NCBI RefSeq assembly: GCF_036588685.1
Contig: NC_086379.1
Location: 59,334,001 to 59,398,000, forward strand
DNA length: 64,000 nt
Reading direction: 5' to 3'
Origin: Mytilus trossulus
Taxonomy: Eukaryota
Shown piece after piece: positions 10,601 through 22,300 of this stretch; the stretch's first letter is position 1, and each line of letters opens with the position of its first letter. Below the pieces are notes generated by a model. The model did not search any database, had not been told where the DNA came from, and worked only from the letters and a program-made list of their open reading frames with translations. The position numbers were made by a program, and so were the translations under genes.

Positions 10601-13600
10601 AACATTTTTGTATCTCAGTAATCTTAAAGAGATCGTCTTTATATTCATTAAAAGTGCTTACATATTTACAAGACCAGATGTGACTGTTTTAATAGGTCAC
10701 ATTTCAATAAACTACATTGTACATGTATGTAAGTTCATACAATCAAAATCTACAAAATGTTATGACTTATGGTGTAAGTTTGCAAAGATAATTTTCCTTT
10801 GTCAATTGAAAGGTAACAGATTTGATGGCCTAGCAGTGTAAGGAATGCACTGTCTGGAAAAAATAAACGGCATAGTTGAACACTCATTATATTTGCCATC
10901 TTTATGTATTGCAGGGATAATTATTTGGCAGATCTTTGATACTAATCTATTAAAAAGCAACTCAGAAATATTTTGCAGATAGATGGCTGTAGAAAAAGTG
11001 ATGTTGGACTATTTAATGTATTTAAATGTTAATGCTGTACAACATTATTCATTTTTAATGTGACCACTTAGCAAGTGGGAAATATGAAGATTTTGTGATT
11101 TATTTTTAAAAAACTATTAGTCCTTACATAGTCATTCCACTGTACTAAATTATTAAGTTTTATCTTCATACTAATGATTATTTTTGGTTACTTGTTTTCT
11201 AGGCTGGTTTGAAATAAATTTAGACAAGAAAAAATTGAAGACGCCGAATGGAAAGGTTTTCCAAGTTCCAAATGAGGCACTGGCTTTAGCTGTAGCAACA
11301 GAATGGAATATGCAAGACAAAATAGTCAAGAGACATTACATGCATTTGGTAAGAGTACAGAAATAAGTATTGATGACATAGATAAATTTTTCACAATTAA
11401 AATGTAAGTACTGACTGGTGTTTAGATTGCTACATATCAATATTTTTCTCAAACCTTTATGGATTTTTATAAAAAATTTGCAAAAGGTGGTTTTTTTTAT
11501 GATTAAAAAATAATGTCCCAAGAAAAATTATAATAATATATTTTTACGAATTTTCAGTGTTGATCACTACTTTTTATGGATGTGATATACAGTGCTTTGT
11601 AACTCTAGATTATCTGATTTTTCATTTTTACATATGGTGCACTTCAGATTGGGCATTATTTTTCAAAACTGATCAAGAATTGAAACTTTGTTCTATATAT
11701 TTCAGACATCACTTTGTAATATGGCATTGGATAACCCTACATATAAATCAAGAGAAGACTTAGTTCGGAGTGCATTACATTATGCAGAGACAGACACACT
11801 GTGGCATGTTATAAACTTAATTATAAAGACCATTATGAAAATCTTTAGAATTGATGTCTATGTAATTCTATAAATACATGTACATTGTATATAAATTTTA
11901 AATTGTTTGTCTTGGATATGATATAAGTATGTGTACCTTCTGTCTGTACTGATTGAGTTGGTGCATACATTTTGGGTATTCTGTATGGATTTTTCAAATT
12001 GATAGTTTATCCTGTAATAAAATTGAGAATGGAAATGGGGAATTTGTCAAAGAGACAACAACCTGACCATAGAAAAACCAACAGCAGAAGGTCACAAACA
12101 GGTCTTCAATGTAGCGAGAAATTCCCACACCCGGAGAATATATTTATATGATAAATTTTCAGTTTGTTTTTTTTGGCACAAATTATCTCCCTTGACTAAA
12201 ATATGAACTTGAGGCACTTGTATTTCCAAGAAAATGATTTGGATTTAAAAAAAAATGAAACTAGCTTATCTTTTAAAACAAAATATAATCTTAAGTTAGT
12301 AATAAAGGTACAGATATATGCTCAGTTAACAGTGAATAACATAAAACTGACTATCTACTGAATGCAGATACTTCATTTTTTTTTAATTTTGTGAAAATTT
12401 TTTGTAGTTACAGATTGGATGAACCAGAAGATCTTGCAAAACTTGAGAAAGTCTGTTGGGATCCTATTCTTGAATGGGCAAGGAAAAGGTAGGCTGTATT
12501 ATAACCCAAAAAATATTCTACAAGAATACTAACAAAAGTCTCTGTTCTATGGTATTTCTTTTTTATACCTATTTAAATCAATATTTGTTGAAATATTTGC
12601 TCAAAAAGATATTACTCAAATTTTCATACCATCTCTAAAATATTGTTGTCATATAATGGCACTGCGATGTCATCATTTGGATTCCAGGCAATAACATGAG
12701 TATAAGTGTATGGTTATCTAACTGTATCACAAGGTTCCATACCTAGAAAGTTGTGGTGAATTTGGGGGGAGATGGCCTTCAACATTTAAGGATCAGGTGC
12801 CAAAAAAAAAGATTTATTTTCAGGTTTCCATACCTTGTACAAGTTCATACTGGTCCATAGAGTAATATTCAAGTTATTGCCTGGAAACCAGAAAATAAAT
12901 CTTTTTTTTGGCAACTGATCCCTAAATGTTTTAGGCCATATCCCCCAAAATTCACCACAACCTTCTAGGTAAAGGACGGTGAGAGTGACCCCAAATGTTT
13001 AAGAAGTTGGGCCCGAAAATGCCAAACACAATACTTTTCTATTCTTATACTTTGCTCATTTCTTTACCAATTTCATTGGGGTTTATTAAAAGTTTTGAAT
13101 TCTCTGAGTTCTTTAATATATTGAATGTAACTGTGTATTTAGATTTTGGATTTTTGGGCTCTGTTTTTAAATTGGTTCACTATATGTCCAAAATTAAACT
13201 AAGTTTGAAACTAGGATGAAGTGTTTTAATGATAGATGGTATGATGAAAGAATTATATATGTTTTTGTTAATAATTTGTAGATATGATATTGAAATAGAA
13301 TCCACCACTGGTTTATTACCACCCGAAGTGCCATCCAGTACATACAACAAATTAAGGAGACATTTATTATCTTATGGTGACTGGGCATTATTTGGTAAGT
13401 TATTTGTCTCAGTGGTCTGAAAACTATTGATTTTCACATATTGAAACTGAAAAAGTTATTAGTTATTATGAATATGCTAATTTATAAATCTATATTTCCG
13501 GCATCTTTTGTTTTAAGGTCGCCAATTAATTTTTTTTTAAAAACTCAAAATGGAAACTTAAAAGTGTAAAAGATTTTTTTACAATCATGCTAATTGTAAT

Positions 13601-15448
13601 AATATATGAATAAAAAGTGAAGTAGGTACAATGAGACAGCAACCCAACTAAAGTTAAACCATAAAAACATCTTGAAGTCACCATAGGGAATTGAACAAGA
13701 CAGTTGTCTATATAATGTCAAGTAACTTTGTCTGTATAATATCAAGTGACCTAGTCTATATAATATCAAGTGACTTTGTCTATATAATATCAAGTGACTT
13801 AGTCTATATAATATCAAGTGACTTAGTCTATATAATATCAAGTGACTTAGTCTATATAATATCAAGTGAATTATTCTATATAATATCAAGTGACTTAGTC
13901 TATATAATATCAAGTGACTTAGTCTATTTAATATCAAGTGACTTAGTCTATATAATATCAAGTGACTTAGTATATATAATATCAAGTGACTTAGTCTTTT
14001 TAATATCAAGTGACTTAGTCTATATAATATCAAGTGACTTAGTCTATATAAATTGTTAATTTACTTGGTTTTACTGTATGTTTTATCAGATTTCTGTGAG
14101 GCCATTAATTTATTCGCTAGATGGCACAAATTATTATTACTTTTATCAGTTTCATAAGAATGTACATCTCTTTAACACATACTGGATTCAAACTCAAAAT
14201 TTAAGCATTGACAAGCTAGTGATACAGTAGTTCAACTACTTAAATCACTCATTCCCTGAGGCCTCTGATACTGAATTAAAGACATATGTTTATATATATA
14301 TACAGGACACAAAGGACTGAAAGATTTTCTTTCTTGCAGGTTTTTTATATGGAACGGAAAACCTGAAATCATTAATTTTAATGTTAGCTGTGGTAGATAA
14401 ACACATAGATGTTAAAACAGCTGTAACTTTATCAAGGTTGGAACAAAATTATCAGGTTAGTATTACTGGAAGGCAAAGTATAGGCTGGGTTGGGTATTTA
14501 GATTTTCTTTTGTATTACTCTGCTTCTAACTGAACTGAAAACCTGATCTTGTCTACCTAATATTACCTTTTTCTACATTTGAAAATGTCTGTACCAAGTC
14601 AGGAATATGACAGTTCTTGTCAATTCGTTTTTGATGCGTTTTGCCATTTGATTCTGGACTTTCAGAATTGATTTTCCTCAAGTTCAGTATTTTTGTGATT
14701 TTACTTTTTACATGCAATCTTTGTGCTTATTTTTATTTGTTTATTTTGTTTATTATTGATTTACCTGTAGCATTTTCTTTCTCAACACTGAAAGAATGAT
14801 ATACATCAGAGAAAACAGTTTTTCTTCACTTGTTGAAAGCCCATCAAGTTTCAATTTCTAAAAAGAGAATGTTGTCTCTTTGATACATTCCCCATTTCAA
14901 TTCTCAATTTTATTTGATTGGAAACAAGAGCTTTATTCCTTTATCAAAAAAGGGTTGAATGTTAATAAATGGTTCTAGAACAATTAACAAGTTTTAAGAC
15001 AGGCTAGAATCACCCAAAACACAAAGAGAAAAGTTATTTTTTGGTGTTGACAAGAATCACAATAGTATGTAGTGTGTAGGAAATCTAGTAAACAAAATCA
15101 AGGAATTGACATTTTCTCTCATTTCTTGCTTGTATTACTGCATTATCAATATCCCTGAATGATATTTTTTTTTTTTAAAGTTATGCATCCTAAATTTTAG
15201 AATCTTTGTCTAGATGAATATTTTATAAAAGTATAAGCATCAAATCAATGTCATGTTACAAAATCTATAAACCTGATTGCCTTAATAAAATTTTCTTCTA
15301 TTTTCAGACAACAAAATGGGGTAATGTAGAGTGGTATCATGACCTTGACATTGAAGAGTTACACACCAGAGTAGCAGCAGCTGCATTGTTTATATATTGG
15401 TCTAGTGAATCATCATCAATTATACAGAAAACCGCTATTGAATTTTGA
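7672..15448 (+). CDS. ATPAF2: ATP synthase mitochondrial F1 complex assembly factor 2 (ATP12), about 279 aa
   Basis: Exons 7672-7771, 9825-9869, 11203-11348, 11706-11803, 12408-12488, 13282-13394, 14340-14455 and 15308-15448 splice in frame. Motifs KKFYKN, FEINLDKKKLKTP, ALAVATEW, TSLCNMALDNP, DTLCYR, SRLEQNYQTTKWGNVEWYHD. The N-terminus is basic and lacks acidic residues, like a mitochondrial presequence. Introns 1 and 4 need GC donors. Confidence 0.93.
7801..8551. mobile_element. Mutator-like non-autonomous DNA transposon, copy 1 (ATPAF2 intron 1)
   Basis: Imperfect TIRs with subterminal TTCGCCC/GGGCGAA repeats; 9-bp TSD AACAACACT at 7792-7800 and 8552-8560; homologous to 26925-27590. Confidence 0.8.
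13705..14050. repeat. 24-bp minisatellite (about 14 copies) in ATPAF2 intron 6
   Basis: Unit TCTATATAATATCAAGTGACTTAG; explains ORFs 13590-14033 and 13691-14059. Confidence 0.95.
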
Positions 15449-15531
15449 ATCAATAAAATCAAAATCAAAATGATAAAATAATCTTGTAATTGCAAAAGTT
15501 GTCAAAAAACTGTTTCAATCAATAGTTCTTA

Positions 15532-15810
15532 GGGAGCTACCATTTGATTTTTATGGGGAGGCTAGGATAAAATTTGAAAAAAATAGGCAGGACAGGAGTT
15601 TTGAGTAAAAAAAAGGCAGGATGAGACACTTGCAAAAAAAAGTCAGGACAACAATTTAGGTAAAAAAGAGTCAGGATAAACTAAAAAAAAAAAAAAGCAG
15701 GACCGAACAGAGTGAAAAATAAAAAGGCAGGACAGAGATTACAGCTAAAAAAAAATGCAGGACAAAAATTTTCATCCTAGCCCCCCCATAAAAATCAAAT
15801 GGTAGCTCCC
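15532..15810. mobile_element. PIF/Harbinger (Tourist-like) MITE just 3' of ATPAF2
   Basis: Near-perfect ~40-bp TIR GGGAGCTACCATTTGATTTTTATGGGG; TTA TSD at 15529-15531 and 15811-15813. Confidence 0.85.
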
Positions 15811-15989
15811 TTATAAAGTTGATTTAAATTAAGGTTTTTCAAATCTGAACAAGCTGTTGGTACTCTCAGAATTTACTTAGGTGTCTTTTTTTGTTGGATG
15901 TATGGCTAAACTGTAACTTAAGGTCTGTGTTTTTCGTTAGATGTTTTCTGCTTTAAATCAATCTGATGAGTTAAGCCCTTTTCAACAGA

Positions 15990-18196
15990 TTTTTGTGGAG
16001 CCTGCAACTTAAGTCGCAGATAGCTCGACATATATAGGGATAGTGATTCGTCAGTTGCTTTAGCTTTCTTCTTAAAAGCTTCACATTATATAATGAAGAA
16101 GGCCTGGATTTCTTTATACTTAGTATATATAGATGCCTTATGTTATGAAGTTCCCATCTTTTGTCTGTCACATGGCCATTATCCTTGACCTCATTTTCAT
16201 GTTTCAGTGACTACTTGAAAAAAAAGTTAAGATGTTTTGTAAAATTAATTTCCCTCTTATTATGAGTAATAGGATAACTATATTTGGTATGTACATACCT
16301 TGAAAGATCCTCATGCCCGTCAGATAGTTTTCACTTGACCTCAACCTCATTTCATTGATCAGTGAACAAGGTTAAGTTTAAGTTTTAAGTCCATATCTCA
16401 GATACTATAAGGAATAGGTCTAGTATATTTGGTGCATGAAAGGATTGCCAGGTGTACATGTCCAACTGGCAAGTTTCATCTGACCTTGATCCCTTTTCAT
16501 GGTTCAGTGGTTATAATAAAGTTTTTTGTGTTTTGGTCTGGGTTTTTGTCGAGCCTGCAACTTTTGTTGCAGAAAGCTCAACATAGGGATAGTGATCCGG
16601 CGGCAGCAGCTACAGCGGCAGCGGCGGCATTAGCTAACTTCTTAAAAGCTTTATATTTTAGAAGGTAGAAGACCTGGATGCTTCATACTTTGTATATAGA
16701 TGCCTCATGTTACAAAGTTTCCGTCAGTCACATGTTCAATGTCCTTGACCTCATTTTCATGGTTCAGTGACTACTTGAAAAAAAAGTTAAGATTTTTTGT
16801 AATGTTAAATTCTCTCTTATTATAAGTAATTGGATAACAATATTTAGTATGTGCGTACCTTGCAAGGTCTTCATGCCTGTCAGACAGTTTTCACTTGACC
16901 TGGACCTCATTTCATGGATCAGTGAACAAGGTTAAGTTTTGGTGGTCAAGTCCATATCTCAGATACTATAAGCAATAGGTCTAGTATATTCGGTGTATGG
17001 AAGGACTGTAAGGTGTACATGTCCAACTGGCAGGTGTCATCTGACCTTGACCTCATTTTCATGGTTCAGTGGTTATAGTTAAGTTTTTGTGTTTTGGGCT
17101 ATTTTTCTTATACTGTATGCAATAGGTCTACTATATTTGGTGTATGGAATGATTGTAAGGTGTTCATGTCTAGCTGACAGGTGTCATCTGACCTTGACCT
17201 CATTTTCATGGTTCAGTGGTCCAAGTTATTTTTTTGAGTTTTGGTCTATTTTTCTAATACTTTATGAATTACGTCAACTATATTTGGTGTATAGACATAT
17301 TTTATCATCTATATGTCTGTTGCGCAGGTTTATTTGACCTTGACCTCATTTTCACGGTCCATTGCTTAGTGTTAAGTGTTTGTGTATTGGTCTGTTTTTC
17401 TTAATTTGTAAGCAATAAATCAACTATATTTGTTGTATTGAAGAACTATTAGCTGTACATGTCTGCCTGACATGCTTAATCTGACCTTGACCTCATTTTC
17501 ATGGTTCATTGATCAATGTTTCGTTTTCTTGGTTCATGTTGAGTTTATGTGACAGTTGTAATAAAGCTTTATATCTAGGTCTATCTACATAATATCAATG
17601 ATTAGTAAAGAAGGCGAGACATTTCAGCGTGTGCACTCTTGTTTATACTGTATGTGATAGGTCTACTATATTTGGTGTATGGAATGATTGTAAGGTGTAC
17701 ATGTCTAACTGGCAGTTGTAATCTGACTTTGATCTCATTTTCATGGTTCAGTGGTCAAAGTTAGGTTTTGAGTTTTTGGTCTATGTTTTCTATTACTATA
17801 TGCAATAGGTCTACAATATTTGGTGTATGGAAATATTTAATGATGTACATGTCAGTCTTACAGGTTTTATTTGACCTTGACCTCATTTTCATAGTTTCTT
17901 GATGTGTTAAATTTTTCATGGTTCTACCCGTGACCATATTTTCTTGGTTTATGGTCAATTTTTCTTGGTTAAGTCTGATTCTTAAGAACTATAAGCAATA
18001 GGTCAAACATATTTAGTGTATTGCATGATTGAAGTGAACATGTATTTCTCGTTTGGTTTATATGACCTTGACCTCATTTTCTTGGATCATGTTTTGTTTA
18101 TGTGATAGATGTAGTAAAGCTTTATACTTTATAGGACCATCATAATATCAATGGTTAGTAAGGAATGCAAGACATTTCAGTTTGTGCACTCTTGTT
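15990..18196 (+). mobile_element. Older HINE/DINE-like element with internal tandem repeats, containing a nested younger copy
   Basis: 5' end TTTTTGTGGAGCCTGCAACTT; 3' end GACATTTCAGTTTGTGCACTCTTGTT; internal TGACCTTGACCTCATTTTCATGG-containing repeats. Confidence 0.7.
16543..17643 (+). mobile_element. Younger copy of the same HINE-like family nested in the older one
   Basis: Starts TTTTTGTCGAGCCTGCAAC, followed by a hairpin and a (GGC)n-like microsatellite; ends AAGGCGAGACATTTCAGCGTGTGCACTCTTGTT. Confidence 0.75.
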
Positions 18197-19369
18197 ATTT
18201 GTTCATATGTGTACTGTTAAACCAGTCCTTGGTTAGGGAGACAGTTTGGTGTCAGCAAACTAGTTTCTCCCGCCACATTATTTATGTGACTTTCCCAAGT
18301 CAGGTGCCTGTATTTAAGTGGTTGATTCATGTGTGTTATACTGAGGATTAGTTTATATTCATGGATACCAATTTTTTATGGATTAGGAAAAAATGTGTTT
18401 TCATGGATACTTGATTTTGTGGTTTATTCTAAGTCTGCTTTCAATCCTATAAAAAACATGTATTTAGTTTAACATTTAAATTCATGGTTCAACATAACCA
18501 ATGAAATCAATGAAAATTAGTATCCAACTAACAATAACAATTACACAATTTGTTTTTGATTTATATTGTATTCTCATTGTCTGTCCATCCTTCAAAAGCT
18601 CCTGAACAAAAGCATTTTACATTTTGTCAATAGTGATCTGTCAGACTCCATCTTGTATGCAGGCACTTTGAATTTTTCATTATAATGAATGGAATTTTTT
18701 TTGTCACACTTTCCTCAATTACTGATGAACAAAAATACTATTTTGTCAAGAGATTGACAATGATGAGTAATGTATGAGCGTTTTTCCAATATGTCCAACC
18801 ACTACTTCCTGGTTTCTTATACATTAAAAATATGGCTGGCAGTATGCTAAGCAAGACAAAGCATGCATTTCTGTTTGTGAAGTTGTGGTATTTATGTACA
18901 CAAAAAAAATGAATGAAAAACAAATATGATACACAGCAATAAAAGACAACCACTGAGTTACAGGCTCTTGACTTGGGACAGGCAACGGTGGACACACATC
19001 ATTTTGGCCTGAAGAACTTATAAAAATTAGCAAAAAGAATAGCCTTAAATAAATATTGTATTGTAATTTATTTACAGAAATTAAAAATATACAATTTACA
19101 AATAATAACTTTATCACAGTTAGCTCTTGATCTTGTTCTCTGTTCATATTGTGTGAACAAAATGTTCCAGTTTTCCAGTAAGCCTGTATAAAATTCATCA
19201 GTTTAAGTTTCCGCAGACAGGATGTACTAAGAAAACATTTTTGCTTTTAAGCAAAAACAATTATTTTAAAATGATAAATGATGAAATAACTTTCAATGAA
19301 AAGAGATGAAAAAGAGGATGTGTAGACCTCTTCAGAGAAATAGTTTCATAGCAGTTTTAAAAATTCCGT

Positions 19370-22300
19370 TTAGTATCCTCCAGCATTTCCCACTTCCAGA
19401 TTGTCTATTTCATCCCGTAAGTGGTCAATCAGATGATTTATTTCCACAACACGTAACCTATTTCTCTGAATTTCTTCTTCATCATGTATTTTTTCTAAGA
19501 GTCCTTTCATCCAATTGTTCAGTCTGGTCATCATATCTTCTTCTTTATTGTCTATTTTTAGTAAATGATAGTCATGTGACGTCGAAATAGCATTGATGAT
19601 TGTGTCTTTGTCAACAAACAACTGAAATGAGAAAAGAAACTGGTTAAGTTGGTATAAATAATAATCTATTTTCATATAAATTTTATTCAATAAAAGGCAG
19701 GTATGTTTACATCTGTCTTCTTTTAACCAGTTTTCTTGTATTAAAGCAAATTCCAATTTTAAAATTGTCAACTGCATTAAAATTTGTATCAGGTTGGATG
19801 CTCAAGTGAAAACTAGGTGATCGAAATCATCTGATTTAAACTTTCATCTGAGCAGTATAGACCTTGTTTTAATAGTAGTTGATAAAATTTAGACTTAACT
19901 GTGGCAAGAAAATGGATTATCCCTTGCATGGTTTCTGCTATAAAATACAAATGGGCAACAAAATATTTTGTGAAGAAACTGGATATAATAATCAAAACAA
20001 TTTTATACTGAGGCAGCAAATTTGACATTTTAAGACTGAGGAGAGTTTAATAAATAGGCTAGGATCAAAATAATTTCTCAGATTAAAAAAAAACATTGCT
20101 TGAGTTTTAGAAATAGGTGTTGGGTTGCTGTGTCATTAAAATGAACCTAACATCTCCTTTTATTCAAATATATTGCATGAAACAAGATTTGAATTCCAAC
20201 TTCTGTTCTTTTTTTTTAACTTCCATATTTAAAATCAAGAGCATTTAATTGGTGTACTTTTTAAACAAAGAGCAAATAACTTTTCAACAATTACATTACC
20301 AGTTCTTAAGATTTTTTTGGATAAAATAATTGTCAAGATTAACCAAAACACATGAAGTTTTTGACTAATTTTATTTTAAAGGCAGTTGTTATAATCTGGT
20401 TGACTGTTTGATATGAATTCTGTACATAGTCATCTAAAAATGAAGTATAAAACAAATATTACCATTCTGACATCCTCTGAGATTTCATCATCCATTTCAT
20501 TCTTAGCCAGTTTGTCTACAATAGGTAAGGCTATTTCACTAAGTTTTTCATGATGTGAGTTCTCCAGATCTCTGGCTGTTGACATGAAAGCCATTATACT
20601 CTCAATAAACATAGATACCATGTCCTGTAGGTTTCTCTCAAAATCTTTGACAACTTCCTGTAAAAGAATGTCATTCAATAAGTAAAATCACATTATTTTG
20701 AAAATGTTTGCATTTATTTTAAAATATGAACAAGGGTGATTTCCCCACATGTCATTTCTAGCAGAATCATGCTCCAAAGTTTTATTTTTGTAAGAAGCAC
20801 TATATTCTTGACCCTAAGCAGCATAGCAAGATTTCTGAGAAATTGCCAAAAATCTAATGAGCTGCTTTGTGAATGAGGAATACAATTGCATGTACAGTAT
20901 AGAGCTCTGTAACAGGAATATAAATCATTTATAATGTGTATTTCTAGCTTTTGCATTTATTGCTGTTATTCAATCAGCTAAACATGGTGTCACTGTGCTA
21001 CAATTCAAAAAGAAATAAAAGTAGTAGAATCAAAATGATGGTATAACGTGGTCAATTACTCAAAACACCAAGATCCTGGTGCGGGAATTTCTCGCTACAA
21101 TGAAGACCTATTGGTGACCATCAGCTGTTGTTTTTTCTATGGTCAGGTTGTTGTCTCTTTGATACATTCCCCATTTCCATTCTCAATTTTATTAGAGCTT
21201 TATGTAAAATGGTCTCTGACTGTTGTGATCATAAGCTGTGTTTGTGGCAGGATAGTAAAAAAATCAAAGTCCTTTCCTAATAATCTGCCCTTGTTTTAAT
21301 ATCATCTTACCTCTAACTGATCTACAAGTTGTAACTCGTATCCCATAAGTTTGTCCCATAGTTCTGCTATTACTTTGTTATAGTCTGATACTTGTTGTTC
21401 TAAAAGTCTTTGGTCACTTATCTGTGTAAGTTCTTGTAATACCTGTAAGTATATTAAATACCAAATTTACTCAAGATTAAAATAATTGTGACTGGTCATC
21501 ATCTATATGTTCATGCTATCACATTGCTTCAAAATATTCTACTGTAGTGGAATTTGAAGAAGAGATATTTTGAAAAATTATTATTCGCTAAAAGGAAATT
21601 TCATAATTTTCAAATGTTTTAATACGTTATAGAAATGCAAATATATCTCTTTTAGAACTGTTACTCATTCACCACTTATGGCTCCCTGTCAGAGCTTCAA
21701 TAATAGATTTTGACTAAGTTTTTTCCCTATGATCCCATGACTAAGTGTTGAAGACTATGTTTCCCCCTTTTGGATGATCACATGCCATATTTAAAATACA
21801 AAGATAAATGAGTTAATTTTATATCAAATATGCTTACTTTCTTCTTCATGACCATGAATTCATCAATTGCCTTCATTCCTAGAAGTTTGTTTTCATTCTT
21901 TGCCTCTTCAATACATTCCCAGAACTGGTTTACTTCTGCTTGACGTTTATCATGTTCTTTTATACCGTATTCAAAAATCTGGTAACAAACAGTCACAAAC
22001 TTTTCTCTGAAGGTGAACACGGTTAAGGAAAAATAGAATGAAAAAATCTCCTTCTTAAAGGTAGGTCCTATTTCTTTTAAGCATTATAAGAAATATATCC
22101 AGATTTATTCATAGCTTTGAATACTTAAAAAAAAAAAAAACAAAAAAAACATTTAAATTTCTTTAATTTTGATTTAACTTAAACAAATATTAACCAATTT
22201 GATAAATTTTAATATTCCATATGTTGTTTAAATTGTTATGCATGATTTTCAAACTAATCTATTCTGATTATTATACTTCAATTTTGTATTAAAATAATTG

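Noticed and set aside
13590-14059. ORFs of 147 and 122 aa
   Set aside because: Translations of the 24-bp minisatellite.
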